From: Callorhinchus milii
Taxonomy: Eukaryota
Length of the DNA stretch: 64,000 bases
Direction: 5' to 3'
Assembly (NCBI RefSeq): GCF_018977255.1
Contig: NW_024704743.1
Span: 67,520,001 to 67,584,000, forward strand
Every line of letters starts with the position of its first letter. The stretch's first letter is position 1. Positions 24,275 to 35,263 of the stretch are shown piece after piece. The notes beneath the pieces are model-generated. The model saw only the letters and a list, made by a program, of their open reading frames with translations. It was not told where the DNA came from and did not search any database. A program made the translations under genes and the position numbers.

Positions 24275-26274
24275 ATGGGACAGTCATTTAGTTCGGCCCA
24301 AAGGGCCGATAAGAGGACTCCAGCTGCTTATATGGAAACCCATTTTGGCCAACACAGTGTTCGCTATCTGCGAAGCTGGACTAAATTAACTAAGGGCCAG
24401 CCTTGCTCCTGGCCTCCTGACGGGTCCTTTAATAAAGATCGTATTTCCGCTCTTCAGGCAGCAGTACATGCCAAATCTGAGCAGACTCGATGTGGTAGCT
24501 GCGTCTGCAGGAAGCATAACCTATCCTCACAAATAACGGCGCTTAATTTATGGGTCTTCGAAAGTCAGAAGCGACAAGCGCAGAGTATTCTGGCCAGTCG
24601 ACAGGACTCAGCGGCAAAGCTAATGGTGGCTAGGAAAAAGAAAACGGAAAGGGAAAGAGGTGCGGCTGAAGAAGTTGCCCTCTTAACAGGATGGAATGAG
24701 GACGAGGAACTGACGATGGCAGCAGCTGTCTCAGCGATGGGAGTATGCCAATATCCCAATATCGGCTCTGCCTCCACGCTGCCTTGTGTTTCCTCCTGTC
24801 CCCCAAATTCACCAACCCCTTCAAGTGATTCCCATAAATTAATGGGTAGTTCATCCGAACTCCCAGCTTCCTCGGTGTCTGATGTAAAGGGAGTGCCCTC
24901 CACAACTACTCTTATGTCTGAATTGTCTTTGTCCTCCAAGGGAGGAACGCCTATGTTTGCTCCTGCTGACATAACAGGCACTCCTGATCTCCGACCCTCT
25001 GCTCCGCCACCATATTCCAATTCCACGCCTACTGGCAGCTCTTGGGTTTCGGAACCAATAATGAGTGACAATGGGGCAAACAGGTTCCCCATGCACGAGT
25101 TTCCAGCCCCTATGGGCGGCACGTTTGACATTTATCGCCCATGGACGGCGACAGAATTGAAGGATTTAATTTTACAAACCCCTACCCCAGACGAAGATTT
25201 TGCGAAGGCTGAAAGGTCACTAACGATTATACGCATGTGTCACAATCCTACTTTTATAGATTGGACTGTGTTCTTGGAGGCGTGGTTACCACCCTCCAAA
25301 TCCACCCAATTATTATCAGAATTACGCCAAAGGTGCACCAGTACTGACAACACTAGGCCAACTCGTCCCCCGTGGTCACAGTCATTATACAAATTTTGCA
25401 ACGTCTGTATCCTCAGACCTCTGATTGGACTAAAATCAGCAGTTGCACCCAGAAGAAAGGAGAAACTCCCGACGAATATGTTGAGAGGTTTTCGAAAATC
25501 TTTTCATGATATTCAGGGATTCAGAATGTAGCCGATAATCAATCGCCCTTCGTGGCAGCACTGGTGGCTGGTCTTGAAAAAGACTTGCAAGAAATGTTTA
25601 GACCCTTATGTATTGGTTGGGAAGGCAAGGTAATGGCAGACCTACTACCGGTGTTGAGACACTGTCACAAACAGCTTGAAGTAAAGAAGGAAAAAGGGAC
25701 CAAAATGGCCTTTGAGATAGCAGTGTCTACGATTGCTGATGGGTTGACGTCAGCTGCACGGGGATCGAGCCCTGCATTAGCCACAGGTACACATGCACCT
25801 GACACCATGAGTGGGTTTATGCCTACCACCCCTACCACCGGTCCCACCATAATGCAAAATGTCGCACCTCCCGGAGCATGGTTTTGCCCGGGAGGCATGA
25901 TACCTCAAATGAGAGGCTTCCAAAAGTGGAGACCACGAGGGCAGGGTAGGGGAAGAGGAGGATGGGGCAGAGGGAGAAATAATTTTGGGTACAACCAAGG
26001 GTATATCCGACCTGCCTTTCAGCAAGGCTGCCCTCCCCTTCCTCGGCCTCAGCAAGTTCCCGGAGACCCTAACCAGAATTGCTTTTCGTGCGGGGCATAT
26101 GGACATTGGTCCCAAGATTGCCCCACTAGGAGTCAGAGATCCCAGATCCAGTTTTACCCCCAAGATACGGCTGCCTACTCGCCCCAGGGATATCAGCAGG
26201 CACAAACACGGTTCCAGCACCCGGCACTGACGTATCAAATGCCTATGATAACTGAAGGAATGCCACCACAATGA
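24275..26274 (+). pseudogene. gag: ERV gag (one frameshift, one internal stop)
   Basis: MGQ myristoylation start; overlapping late domains PSAP/PPPY (RPSAPPPY); capsid start YRPWTATEL. Frameshift near the C run at 25367-25371, after which another frame gives the major homology region CTQKKGETPDEYVERF. TGA at 25507-25509. RGG-rich stretch and zinc knuckle CFSCGAYGHWSQDC. Stop at 26272-26274. Confidence 0.93.
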
Positions 26275-29200
26275 CTCTCAATGGCCCCAATGACTCCCCA
26301 ATCCCATGTTACCTCCAAATCCTTGGAAATTCCCGATCCCTGTATTCGTCTGACCGTAGATTGGGAGGAAAAGACGTTGCTTGTCGATACAGGGGCCACC
26401 TATTCAGCCTTAAAAGATTCAAATTCCATACAACCAGGCAATACTGTAGCAGTAGTGGGAATTTCTGGGAAACCTGTGCAGATGGCCAAGACTCAACTGG
26501 TTGAGGTAAAAGGGGATATAGGTGACAGTACAATTGAGGGTTACCACCAGTTCTTGGTGAATAATGAATTACCAATTGACCTGTGTGGGCGAGAATTGTT
26601 ATGTAAAATGGGAATAATCATCCAATGTACCCCGGATGGCATTACTTTGTTGGCACCTGAACGTGAATACTCAAAACTATGCTCCTTAATTTCTCCCAGC
26701 CCCCAGAAACTGCAATCCCCAGGTTATTTTTGCTGGACATTGCTAAAACCTGAGGTGTTATCCTCTGTCATGTCCCTTTATGGTGACGAACCACTCCTTG
26801 AATGTTATTTTTTAGAGCATGGTTTGACAGCACCCACTTCCGCATTGCATTGCACGGCTTTTTATGTTGAGAATATGGAGGTGGACATAACTCGGTTCAA
26901 GGAACACGTAGCGGTTGCTTCCACTATTCAGGCTCACTTTTTCTATCTGGGACCACAGGGGGTTGCAGCTGCATGTACTCTGACAACGGAGGAGCAGCTT
27001 TATTTTAAAGGTTATAATTCCGACCTTCATGTAACATTAGGAGTAGCAGACGGGTTCAGCCCAAGGGACTTAGGGCACATGGTCAGGAAGGCAAACTGGT
27101 CGTCAGATTTCACTGAACTTTGCCCTCTAGTTTGCCCTGACATTTTATACGACCCAGTTTTACGGATTTATAAGTTGTGTATAGGTCCCCTCCCACTCTT
27201 TACTATGTTCGAGTTTATCCAACACACTCACACTATATCTTCCCATGTTCTGCCTCTTCGGCCGGCAGATCCAGAGTGGTTGGAAGATATAGACTCCGCC
27301 CTATGGACAACACACCCCAATGATGTAGGGAAAATACTGACGGCAGCACCCTTCAAGGTACAGGTGCACCCGGAAAAACCCCTTCCCTACCGCGCGCAGT
27401 ATCCATTGAAAAAGGAGGCAGAGGAGGGAATACGAGCAGTAATAGAGAGCTTGTTGAATCAGGGAATCATTATTAAATACCGTAGCCCCTGTAATACTCC
27501 CATTCTACCAGTCCTTAAAGCAGATGGAAAGACATGGTGCTTTGTCCAGGATTTAAGAGCGGTTAATGATGTAGTAATACAATGTTGCCCTGTAGTCCCT
27601 AATTCGGCGACTATTCTGACAGCCATTCCCGCTGTTTCGGTTTGTTATTCAGTTGTCGATTTATGTTCTGCGTTCTTTTCAATCCCAATTTACCCAGAGT
27701 CCTACTACTTGTTTGCTTTTACGTACAAAGGTGAACAATATACGTGGACCAGGTTACCCCAAGGATACTGTGAGAGGCCCACTATCTTTTCTCAGACTTT
27801 GCGGCATGACTTGCAGGATTTGCGTTTTCCAGGGAAAAGTACCCTAATCCAGTATGTGGATGATTTATTAGTTGCGAGCCCATCCATGGAGGATTGTGAG
27901 AAAGATACCAAATACCTCTTGCAGCAATTGGCGGTAAAAGGCCATAAAGTAGCGAGAGATAAATTACAGCTTGTAAGGCCACAGGTCCATTATCTAGGAC
28001 ACGATTTGTGTCAAGACACTCGTCAACTTTCCATTGATAGGATAGAGAGTATTAGGAAAATTCCCAAACCATCCACAATCAGACAAATGAAACACTTTTT
28101 AGGGATGGCCAATTATTGTAGGCAGTGGATTAGCGATTATGCTCAACTGTCTGAACCCCTGACTGAAATGACCAAACCGACCTCCAGCCTAGAACCCTTA
28201 GTGTGGAAGGCGGAGGCGGACCAAGCCTTTGATCGGCTCAAAACGGCTTTACAGAGCGCCCCCGCTTTAGGCATTCCCAATTATGACAAGATATTTAACT
28301 TATTTGTACATGAAGTCAAAGGATTCGCGCAAGCAGTCCTCACACAGGAACATGGGGGAGGCCAGCGCCCGGTTTCATACTTCACTTCCAAGTTGGATCC
28401 AGTAGCCAGCGCTCTTCCAGGATGCCTGAAAGCTGTTGCTGCCACATACTATGCAGTCATGCAAGCTGAAGGGTTGACGTTAAATCACCCCCTTATCGTG
28501 CATGTCCCGCACTCGGTCGAGGCATGTCTACTTCGACATGCTACTCAACATTTAACAAGTGCCAGGAGCAGCAAGTATGAGGTGGGTCTACTATCCAACC
28601 CAAATTTGACTATTAAACGTTGCACTGTTCTAAACCCAGCAACCCTTGTGCCCATAGAAGAGGAAGGGGAACCCCATGATTGCCTTAAAGTCATTACATT
28701 AGAGACAAAACCTCGCTCAGATTTGAAGGAGAGTCCCTTGCAAAATGCAGACTTTGAATCGTTTGTAGACGGATCAGCTTGTAGGAATGAGTTCGGTCAG
28801 CCCTGTGCAGGGTATGCCATTGTATCAGCTACCACCATTATTGAAAGCGACTCGTTACCCTCCACCACATCTGCGCAGGCTGCAGAGCTAACTGCTCTGA
28901 AGCGAGCATATGAATTGGCTGAAGGGCAAACGCTCAATGTGTTCACTGACTCCCGCTATGCATTCGGAGTATGTCATGATTTCGGTCAAGTGTGGAAAAA
29001 ACGGGGGTTTCTTTCTTCAAGTGGGTCCCCCATTAAACACAAAGACCTTATAGTAGGTCTTCTCACCGCATTACTACGGCCAAAAGCCATTGCGGTCATA
29101 AAATGCACGACCCATACTAACCAAACTGACCCAGTCTCTAAGGGAAATGCTCACGCAGATGCTGCTGCTAAAATGCTGCTTTAAGTAAGCCTGTAAAGCT

Positions 29201-30400
29201 ACTAACATTACAACCGACTATCAATCACCCCGCTGTCACTGATACAATGCGTGGTGAGATATTTCGGATCCAATATGAGGCCCCTCTGGAGGAGAAGCAA
29301 CAGTGTTTCATTAACATTGTTTCATTAACGACCTAGGGATTTGGGTCTCGAATGAATTAAAGGTAGTCCTGCCCCGACAAATGTTCCCATGGATGGCACA
29401 TGTGTTACATAATTTTACCCATGAAGGGACCCAGTCCATGTATAATTGGATAACGAAGTCGTGGTTTGCCCCAGGATTAACCCCTTTTCTCCAGCAGGTT
29501 GTGAAATGTTGTGTAATATGTCAAAGGTTTAACCCAGGCAAGGTTGACGATGTGACTCCGGCGTCCCATCCTCCCCCTCAGGGTCCCTTTGCGCACCTTC
29601 AAATGGATTTTATTCAGTTACCAAAAGCCGAAGGATATCAATATGTGTTGGTTATTGTAGATATGTTTTCTAAATGGATTGAAGCTTTTCCTTGTAGGAG
29701 GAATGATGCCACGACAACGGCCAAAATATTGTTAAGAGACATCCTTCCTCGGTTCGGCATACCATCTCGCCTTTCCTCCGATAATGGTCCTCACTTTATT
29801 GCCACGGTAATAAAGAACATTTGCAAAATGTTGCAAATAAAACAGCATCTCCATTGTGCATATCATCCCCAATCTGCAGGGGCTTTTGAAAGGGCTAATG
29901 AGACGCTAAAGTTGAAATTGTCCAAACTGTCTGAACAGACAAAATTAAATTGGGTAACAGTCTTGCCATTAGCCTTGATGCAAATGAGGAACCATACGAA
30001 TGCAAAAAGCAAGCTGTCTCCTCACGAGATCATTTTCGGAAGAAGCATGCCCATGGTTTTCTCCGCACACATTGAACCGTTGCCTGATGTGCATGCCCTC
30101 GAAGAAGGGATGATGCAATACTGCATTGCGTTGACTAACACCCTATCTAGCTTTAATTCGCAGGTTCGAGCGCTCCAACATCCACCGGCATCTGATCAAT
30201 GCCACAAGTTTCAGCCAGGAGATTCCGTTTACATCAAGACCTTCAAACGAAAGAACGGACTGAGCCCGCGCTGGGAAGGACCGTTCCAAGTTCTATTGGT
30301 GACCCACACTGCTGTGAAGGTTCGAGAAAGGTCTACGTGGATTCATGCTAGTCACTGCAAGCAAGCCCCAGCGGACTCCGGCTATTGCGAAAAAGCCTAA
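26275..30400 (+). pseudogene. pol: ERV pro-pol: protease, 2H/CNPase-like domain, RT, RNase H, integrase (two frameshifts before IN)
   Basis: Same frame as the gag 3' end. LVDTGA (DTG 26386-26394); QDLR, LPQG, YVDD (27853-27864); RNase H FVDGS...AELTAL...TDSRY...GNAHAD. Frameshifts at the A run 29170-29173 and at a 14-bp duplication 29304-29329. Integrase HHCC, MDF/SDNG/ERAN (DDE) and WEGPF. Confidence 0.96.
26722..27216 (+). other. 2H-phosphoesterase (CNPase-like) domain inserted in Pol between protease and RT
   Basis: Two HxT motifs: LHCTAF (26848-26856) and LHVTLG (27028-27036). Colinear similarity to recalled vertebrate CNPase motifs YFGWFL, GDEP, LHCT and HITLGCAAD. Confidence 0.85.
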
Positions 30401-30442
30401 CGTTGTTACTTTTTCATTTTTTTTGACGGACTTTGCTTCATT

Positions 30443-32020
30443 ATGGGGTTGTTGTTTTGTATGTTTTTATTGTTTTTGCTATGTTGCCATACTTACTCTC
30501 TTGTCCCAGGGGGAGGTACTTACCGACTTTTGATCTCCTTAAACCGTGACCTCACCGTATCTGATGATCAGTCGGAAGCCTGTTCTTCCGCCATTTGTTA
30601 CACTGATATGGCCCTTGAGAAACGATCCTCCATGTTTAATGCTCATTTTTTGTTGCGGAATGCTCAGGATAGATCATTCGCGGACGATTTGAGCTGTCCT
30701 GAGGATTCCGGTCAATGTCAATCCGTCCATAACAATTCCATGATTATGTGTTATTGTTCCATTTATTATCACTGTTCTTTTACCGAGTCTTGCTTGTATT
30801 CTACTGAACGCGCCCGGTTTTCCAACGAAACCCAGCTCGTGTTTTTGCGCCCTGGTACCTATGGGACTAGAATTTATACAGGGATGTCTCAGGACTGGCA
30901 CAAGGGTTTAGTTGAGCCCCACTTGCCTTCCACGTCACTGGTCTCACTTCCTCGTGACGTTCCATTTGTTGACATGTATCCTTTTAAAACTGCGCACCAA
31001 CATTTGTTTGGTGACTTTTTACCAGCAGATTCTCCCCAGCCTTTCCAATTGCGAAATGTTTATATTCAAATGCTCCAGACTGTGAGCTTGCACAGAAATA
31101 CATCCCAGCATCATGTATGTGGATTGTCCCCGCCGTCAGTCCAGATGGGGTACCCTATGATGGCTTTCCCATTATCTACCTGTGAGCTTTATTCCCTTTT
31201 CCATTTGCAAGTTATGCAAACCCCACCTTGTTCCCTGTTGCACCAAGAATTACACGAATTGCAGTGTACTTGCCAATCCTGGAAGCCACGAATGTGTAAT
31301 CGTGACTGCGGCAAGCTTGGCACTGCCACTACGGTTTATGCGGGTTTTTCGTTTTGCGTTGAGTCCTTGTCCGGGACTGAACCACTGGGGTTTCTGGATT
31401 CCCACCTTTGCAACACCACATATCCTTATGCTGCGGTGGCTGTTTTCATAAGGATTTTTATTGGGTTTGCAATTCTACTGTCTATGCTTACTTACCGGCA
31501 AATTTCAAAGGGAAATGCGCTCTCTTTCATTATTTTCCTATGATTGGTCTAACCAATACCCTGCCTTCTGCCCGGGCCCCACTAGTCCTGAATACCTCCA
31601 GCCTACTCCCTCCCCGCCAGGTTCATCGCTCTCGCAGAGCCGACCCTTTTCACACCCATTCCCAGAGGAATCGCATGCTCGGGGCTCTTCTCCCTAATTA
31701 TGGAGTAATGTGCGCCCTTGACCAGATTGCCATTCTCTCTCAGATGGTCTCCTCATTGGCCTCTAAAACATCTGCAGCATTGGCTCTCATTAACAAAGAG
31801 ATGTCTGAGATTCGTCTATATGCTATGCAGAACCGTATGGCCCGTGATTATGTTTTGGCCGCGACGGGCAGTGGGCAATGCGGTCCAGGTTCTATTGGAA
31901 ATAGGCCTAATCCTTGTTTTTATTGTTCTCATCACTAAGTGTGCCCTCATTTGTTGCACACAGTGTTGCAAAAAGACTACACGCACCATGATGACCATGA
32001 ACATGGTCCACGTCAACTAA
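30443..32020 (+). pseudogene. env: ERV env (frameshift in SU, internal deletion in TM)
   Basis: Signal peptide MGLLFCMFLLFLLCC; Cys-rich SU; frameshift at ~31430-31446 to FYWVCN..Y.YLP.NFKGKC; furin site RSRR; fusion peptide LGALLPNYGV; ISD MQNRMARDYVLA. It then jumps at ~31870 to an out-of-frame membrane anchor VLLEIGLILVFIVLITKCALICC, and CX6CC is missing. Confidence 0.9.
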
Positions 32021-32142
32021 CACCTTAGCCCATTTTCCCCACGTAATGAATGTGACCTCGAGATGCCATATGCCTTTTCGGATTCCCTCTCGGAAGCAGA
32101 ACACTCGAGGGCTAGAAAGCACGGAAGGTTTATCCCAGGGAT

Positions 32143-32154
32143 AAAAGGGAGGAG
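32143..32154 (+). promoter_or_regulatory. Polypurine tract
   Basis: AAAAGGGAGGAG immediately precedes the 3' LTR TG. Confidence 0.9.
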
Positions 32155-32751
32155 TGTGGAAGGTGAATTCAGCACATTCTGCAAAGTTAGCAAATTAAGC
32201 AGGACGTGATGTTTTAAGACTAAAAGGGCAAAAGGCCAGGGGGGCCCCTGGCCTTAAGTGAAATATATGTTGTCATAAAGTCAGTCACGGATGATCGAGA
32301 TTGGCATTTTCTAAGATAGATAGGCGGATGTCTGGTATCGGTACCTCATCCTGAAGTCATGTCTGGAATCAGTTCTGGGGTCAGATAATGTTCAGCAGCA
32401 TTTGTTATTGTCTAACTGTCGCTTTTCCTATATGTTCCTAGTCATAAAAGACAAAGTGATTGTCTTCTAAAAACAGACACCCGGTCACGAGGCAGACCAT
32501 GTCGCTAGTAACCAATTTAGAGGGTCCCCTCGTGATTATTGATTGACGCATAGTTCAATAAGATTCTGTATAAAGGTGAAGTGCTTGCTCCCATTTGGTG
32601 TGTAGTGTTGGGAGCAGCACACGAGCAGTTGTTGCCACAATACTACACCCCACATGTGTGAAAATAAAGCTTGTTAATTGAACGCCGCACTGACTCCGTT
32701 GTTGTGCTTCAGGTCATCAAGAGCAATCGCATATCGTAATTGGGTTCGACA
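32155..32751 (+). repeat. 3' LTR (597 bp)
   Basis: Same length as the 5' LTR; about 8 substitutions and no indels counted by eye. TATAAA 32569-32574, AATAAA 32663-32668. Confidence 0.97.
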
Positions 32752-33576
32752 ATGCTACATTGTTGGATGGATGTATCGTCCTTCAAAGCAGTGTTAAAAT
32801 GGAGATCCTGTCTACCTGTTCAGCTGGACATTAAAGATCTCACTGTTCAAAATGATAAGGGAGTGTCTATCGATCTCCAAATAAAGTTTGTCAGTAAGAT
32901 TCTAATGCAGGTCAAACTTGTGGCATACAAATTCCGTGTGCAAACAGTTCTCCTTCATGGATCTGACCTCCTGGGGATGCAGAGGAGGGGTTTCCTCCAG
33001 GTCATTTGCAAGGTGCAGGATCAGGCACTGAGTTGATTTGTGGCGATCAAGGGAAATGGCTGCATGGAGGAAAGGCTCCAGCCTACACTGACAACATGCT
33101 GATCTCCCTAGAGATGGGGTCAGGTTCACAGCATCCATTTGTCTAAGACCATCACATGAGGTCCTGGATTAAACAGCTGTTGCTGAGTAAGCATTGGACT
33201 CGCCAAAGTGGCTGTCAAAGCACAAGCTGAACTGTAAAGCTCCTCCCACCATATTGAAGGATGAAGTCTGCCAGATTAGCTGATGAGCTTACTCTAAGGC
33301 TTGGAGCAAGTGCTGCTGGAAGGGATACTTGGTGTCTGAATTCATGAACACATGTATAGCAAATGTAAAGTCATCATTAAGTATGTCTTTTAAATATTGT
33401 TTTAAAAAACAAAGTTTATCCTGTTAAGTGTTTTGAGACTTCTCGATGATGTAATATGACATTATCAAATGCAAGGGTTGTTATTATTATTATGTACGAG
33501 GTAAACAGATTGGCGGATAAACAAACTACTGAGACTACGATGGCAGAAGGTGATCCAATGTCAGGTATTGGTGTCA

Positions 33577-33750
<174 letters not shown>

Positions 33751-34837
33751 TTATGATAAACTGAAACCCTTCTGTGATTTAAAATAACTGATCCTAAACA
33801 CCGCAAGCTGCCAAATTGAGATAAAATAAAACAAAAGAAGTAAGCCAATGACCTTGATATAACAGGAAAGATTCATTGAAACATTTGGTAATTAACAGCT
33901 GAGACAATTTCCCATTTAAATTATATCCAAAAGACTGGGACGTCTTTCAGATGCTAATTTGTAATTTTAGAAATTAAAAACGTGTACCTGACTTTATTAA
34001 TAATATTGAGGTGAAATACTGTAGTCCTTAAGGAGAAGAATGTCAATTATGGACAATGAAATAGTTCCACTTTTACCAGTTCCAGCACCACACACTTCCA
34101 AGGTCGTTCGACAGTTCTATCAGTGCAAGACGAATGACAATAGAATATTTAAATCGAGTTGACCCTCTGTGGTGGTCTTGGTAGTTCAGTTCCTGAGCTA
34201 GGCCTGTAAACAGTACTCCCAAGACACTTTGATGATATCACTGTTGAAATCAGCCAACCTGGCACATTGATAAGGTTTAAAATACGCCGGGGAGCGGACA
34301 AGGATTAGTCCCACTCAGCTATTTTAGCCCTGCAAACCAAAGTCCTAAAGGGGGTTCCTAGATAGCAAGAGGAAGCTTATAAAACAATGCTCACAATGAC
34401 AATCCTTTATTTGGCTAAACTACAGCAGTATCCCTAATGCACAGTTTCAAGTCCCCAAGCCTTGTTTTTTTGGCCAGTATGCACGTAATACTTCCCGTTA
34501 TTAGGTAAGAAGTATGTGTCCCTCCAGGGAAGAGAGTGTGTATTCTATTGATAACAATAATACTTATCACATTGTTGAAACATCTGCCAGTACTTCACAG
34601 AATTTTTACTGTGAAGAAACTGTGTATTTGTAGGCAAGCACAGCAGGGCACAAACACCTTTAGATTTTATCAATTTGCAATTAATGTAACTTAAAAACAC
34701 TGGGACCTTAGGAGAGCAAGGCTCAAGGGAGAGAGATATGGTTTCTTAAGGAGGTGATGGTGCCCCATCAGTCTCTCTTGCTGAGCTGGACTGCAAAGGG
34801 TGTGGTCCTTGGCCAAGTGCCAGAGGGACCTGAGGTC

Positions 34838-35263
34838 TAATAATAATAGTCCTTGCATTTGATATAGTGCTTTTCATGTCTTCTGAACGTCTCAAAGCGC
34901 TTCATGACCCAACTGGGTCATGACCCAACTGTGCAGCACCTTGGGACGTCCTCCTGACGTGAAAGGCGCTTTATAAATGGAATCTTGTTGTTGTTGTTGT
35001 TCACAGAATAGACTGTAAAGTGAACTGACTGTATATTTGTGGGCGAAATGCGGCAGCCAATTGCACACAGCAGTGTCCCACAAACAGTTATGGATTGAAA
35101 ATGACCAATTTATTATTGTTTTTTTTCTTGAGGGATTATTATCAGGAGGAATCAGGAGTTGGCGTGTGGAGTAAAGAAACTTGCCCAAGGTTTCACCCTG
35201 CCGAGAATCGAACCCAGGTCTGTCGCTTGCAAAGCGAGTGCTCTAACTACTGAGCTACAGGTC
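34838..35263 (-). mobile_element. tRNA-derived SINE interrupted by an L2 tail
   Basis: Reverse complement of the SINE head at ~35190-35263 and tail at 34838-34904. Confidence 0.9.
34905..34999 (+). mobile_element. Extremely 5'-truncated young L2 (3' tail only) inserted in an opposite-strand SINE
   Basis: Nearly identical to the L2 end at ~45665-45755; flanked by TTCA on both sides. Confidence 0.88.

Larger units (their letters stand above)
23266..32751 (+). mobile_element. Full-length defective endogenous retrovirus, class I (epsilon-like), 9486 bp, antisense in a CNTNAP2 intron
   Basis: Two TG...CA LTRs; 4-bp TSD ATGC (23262-23265 and 32752-32755); PBS and PPT; gag with one CCHC knuckle; pol in frame with gag after a stop, with YVDD RT; env with gamma-type immunosuppressive domain. 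Confidence 0.97.

Noticed and set aside
24565..26271. Antisense ORFs (188 aa, 164 aa) within gag
   Set aside because: Expected shadow ORFs of a Pro/Ser-rich coding strand; no independent support.
32890..33040. Weak RTE-like peptide (VKLVAYKFRVQTVLLHGSD)
   Set aside because: Too short and degenerate to call without a profile search.
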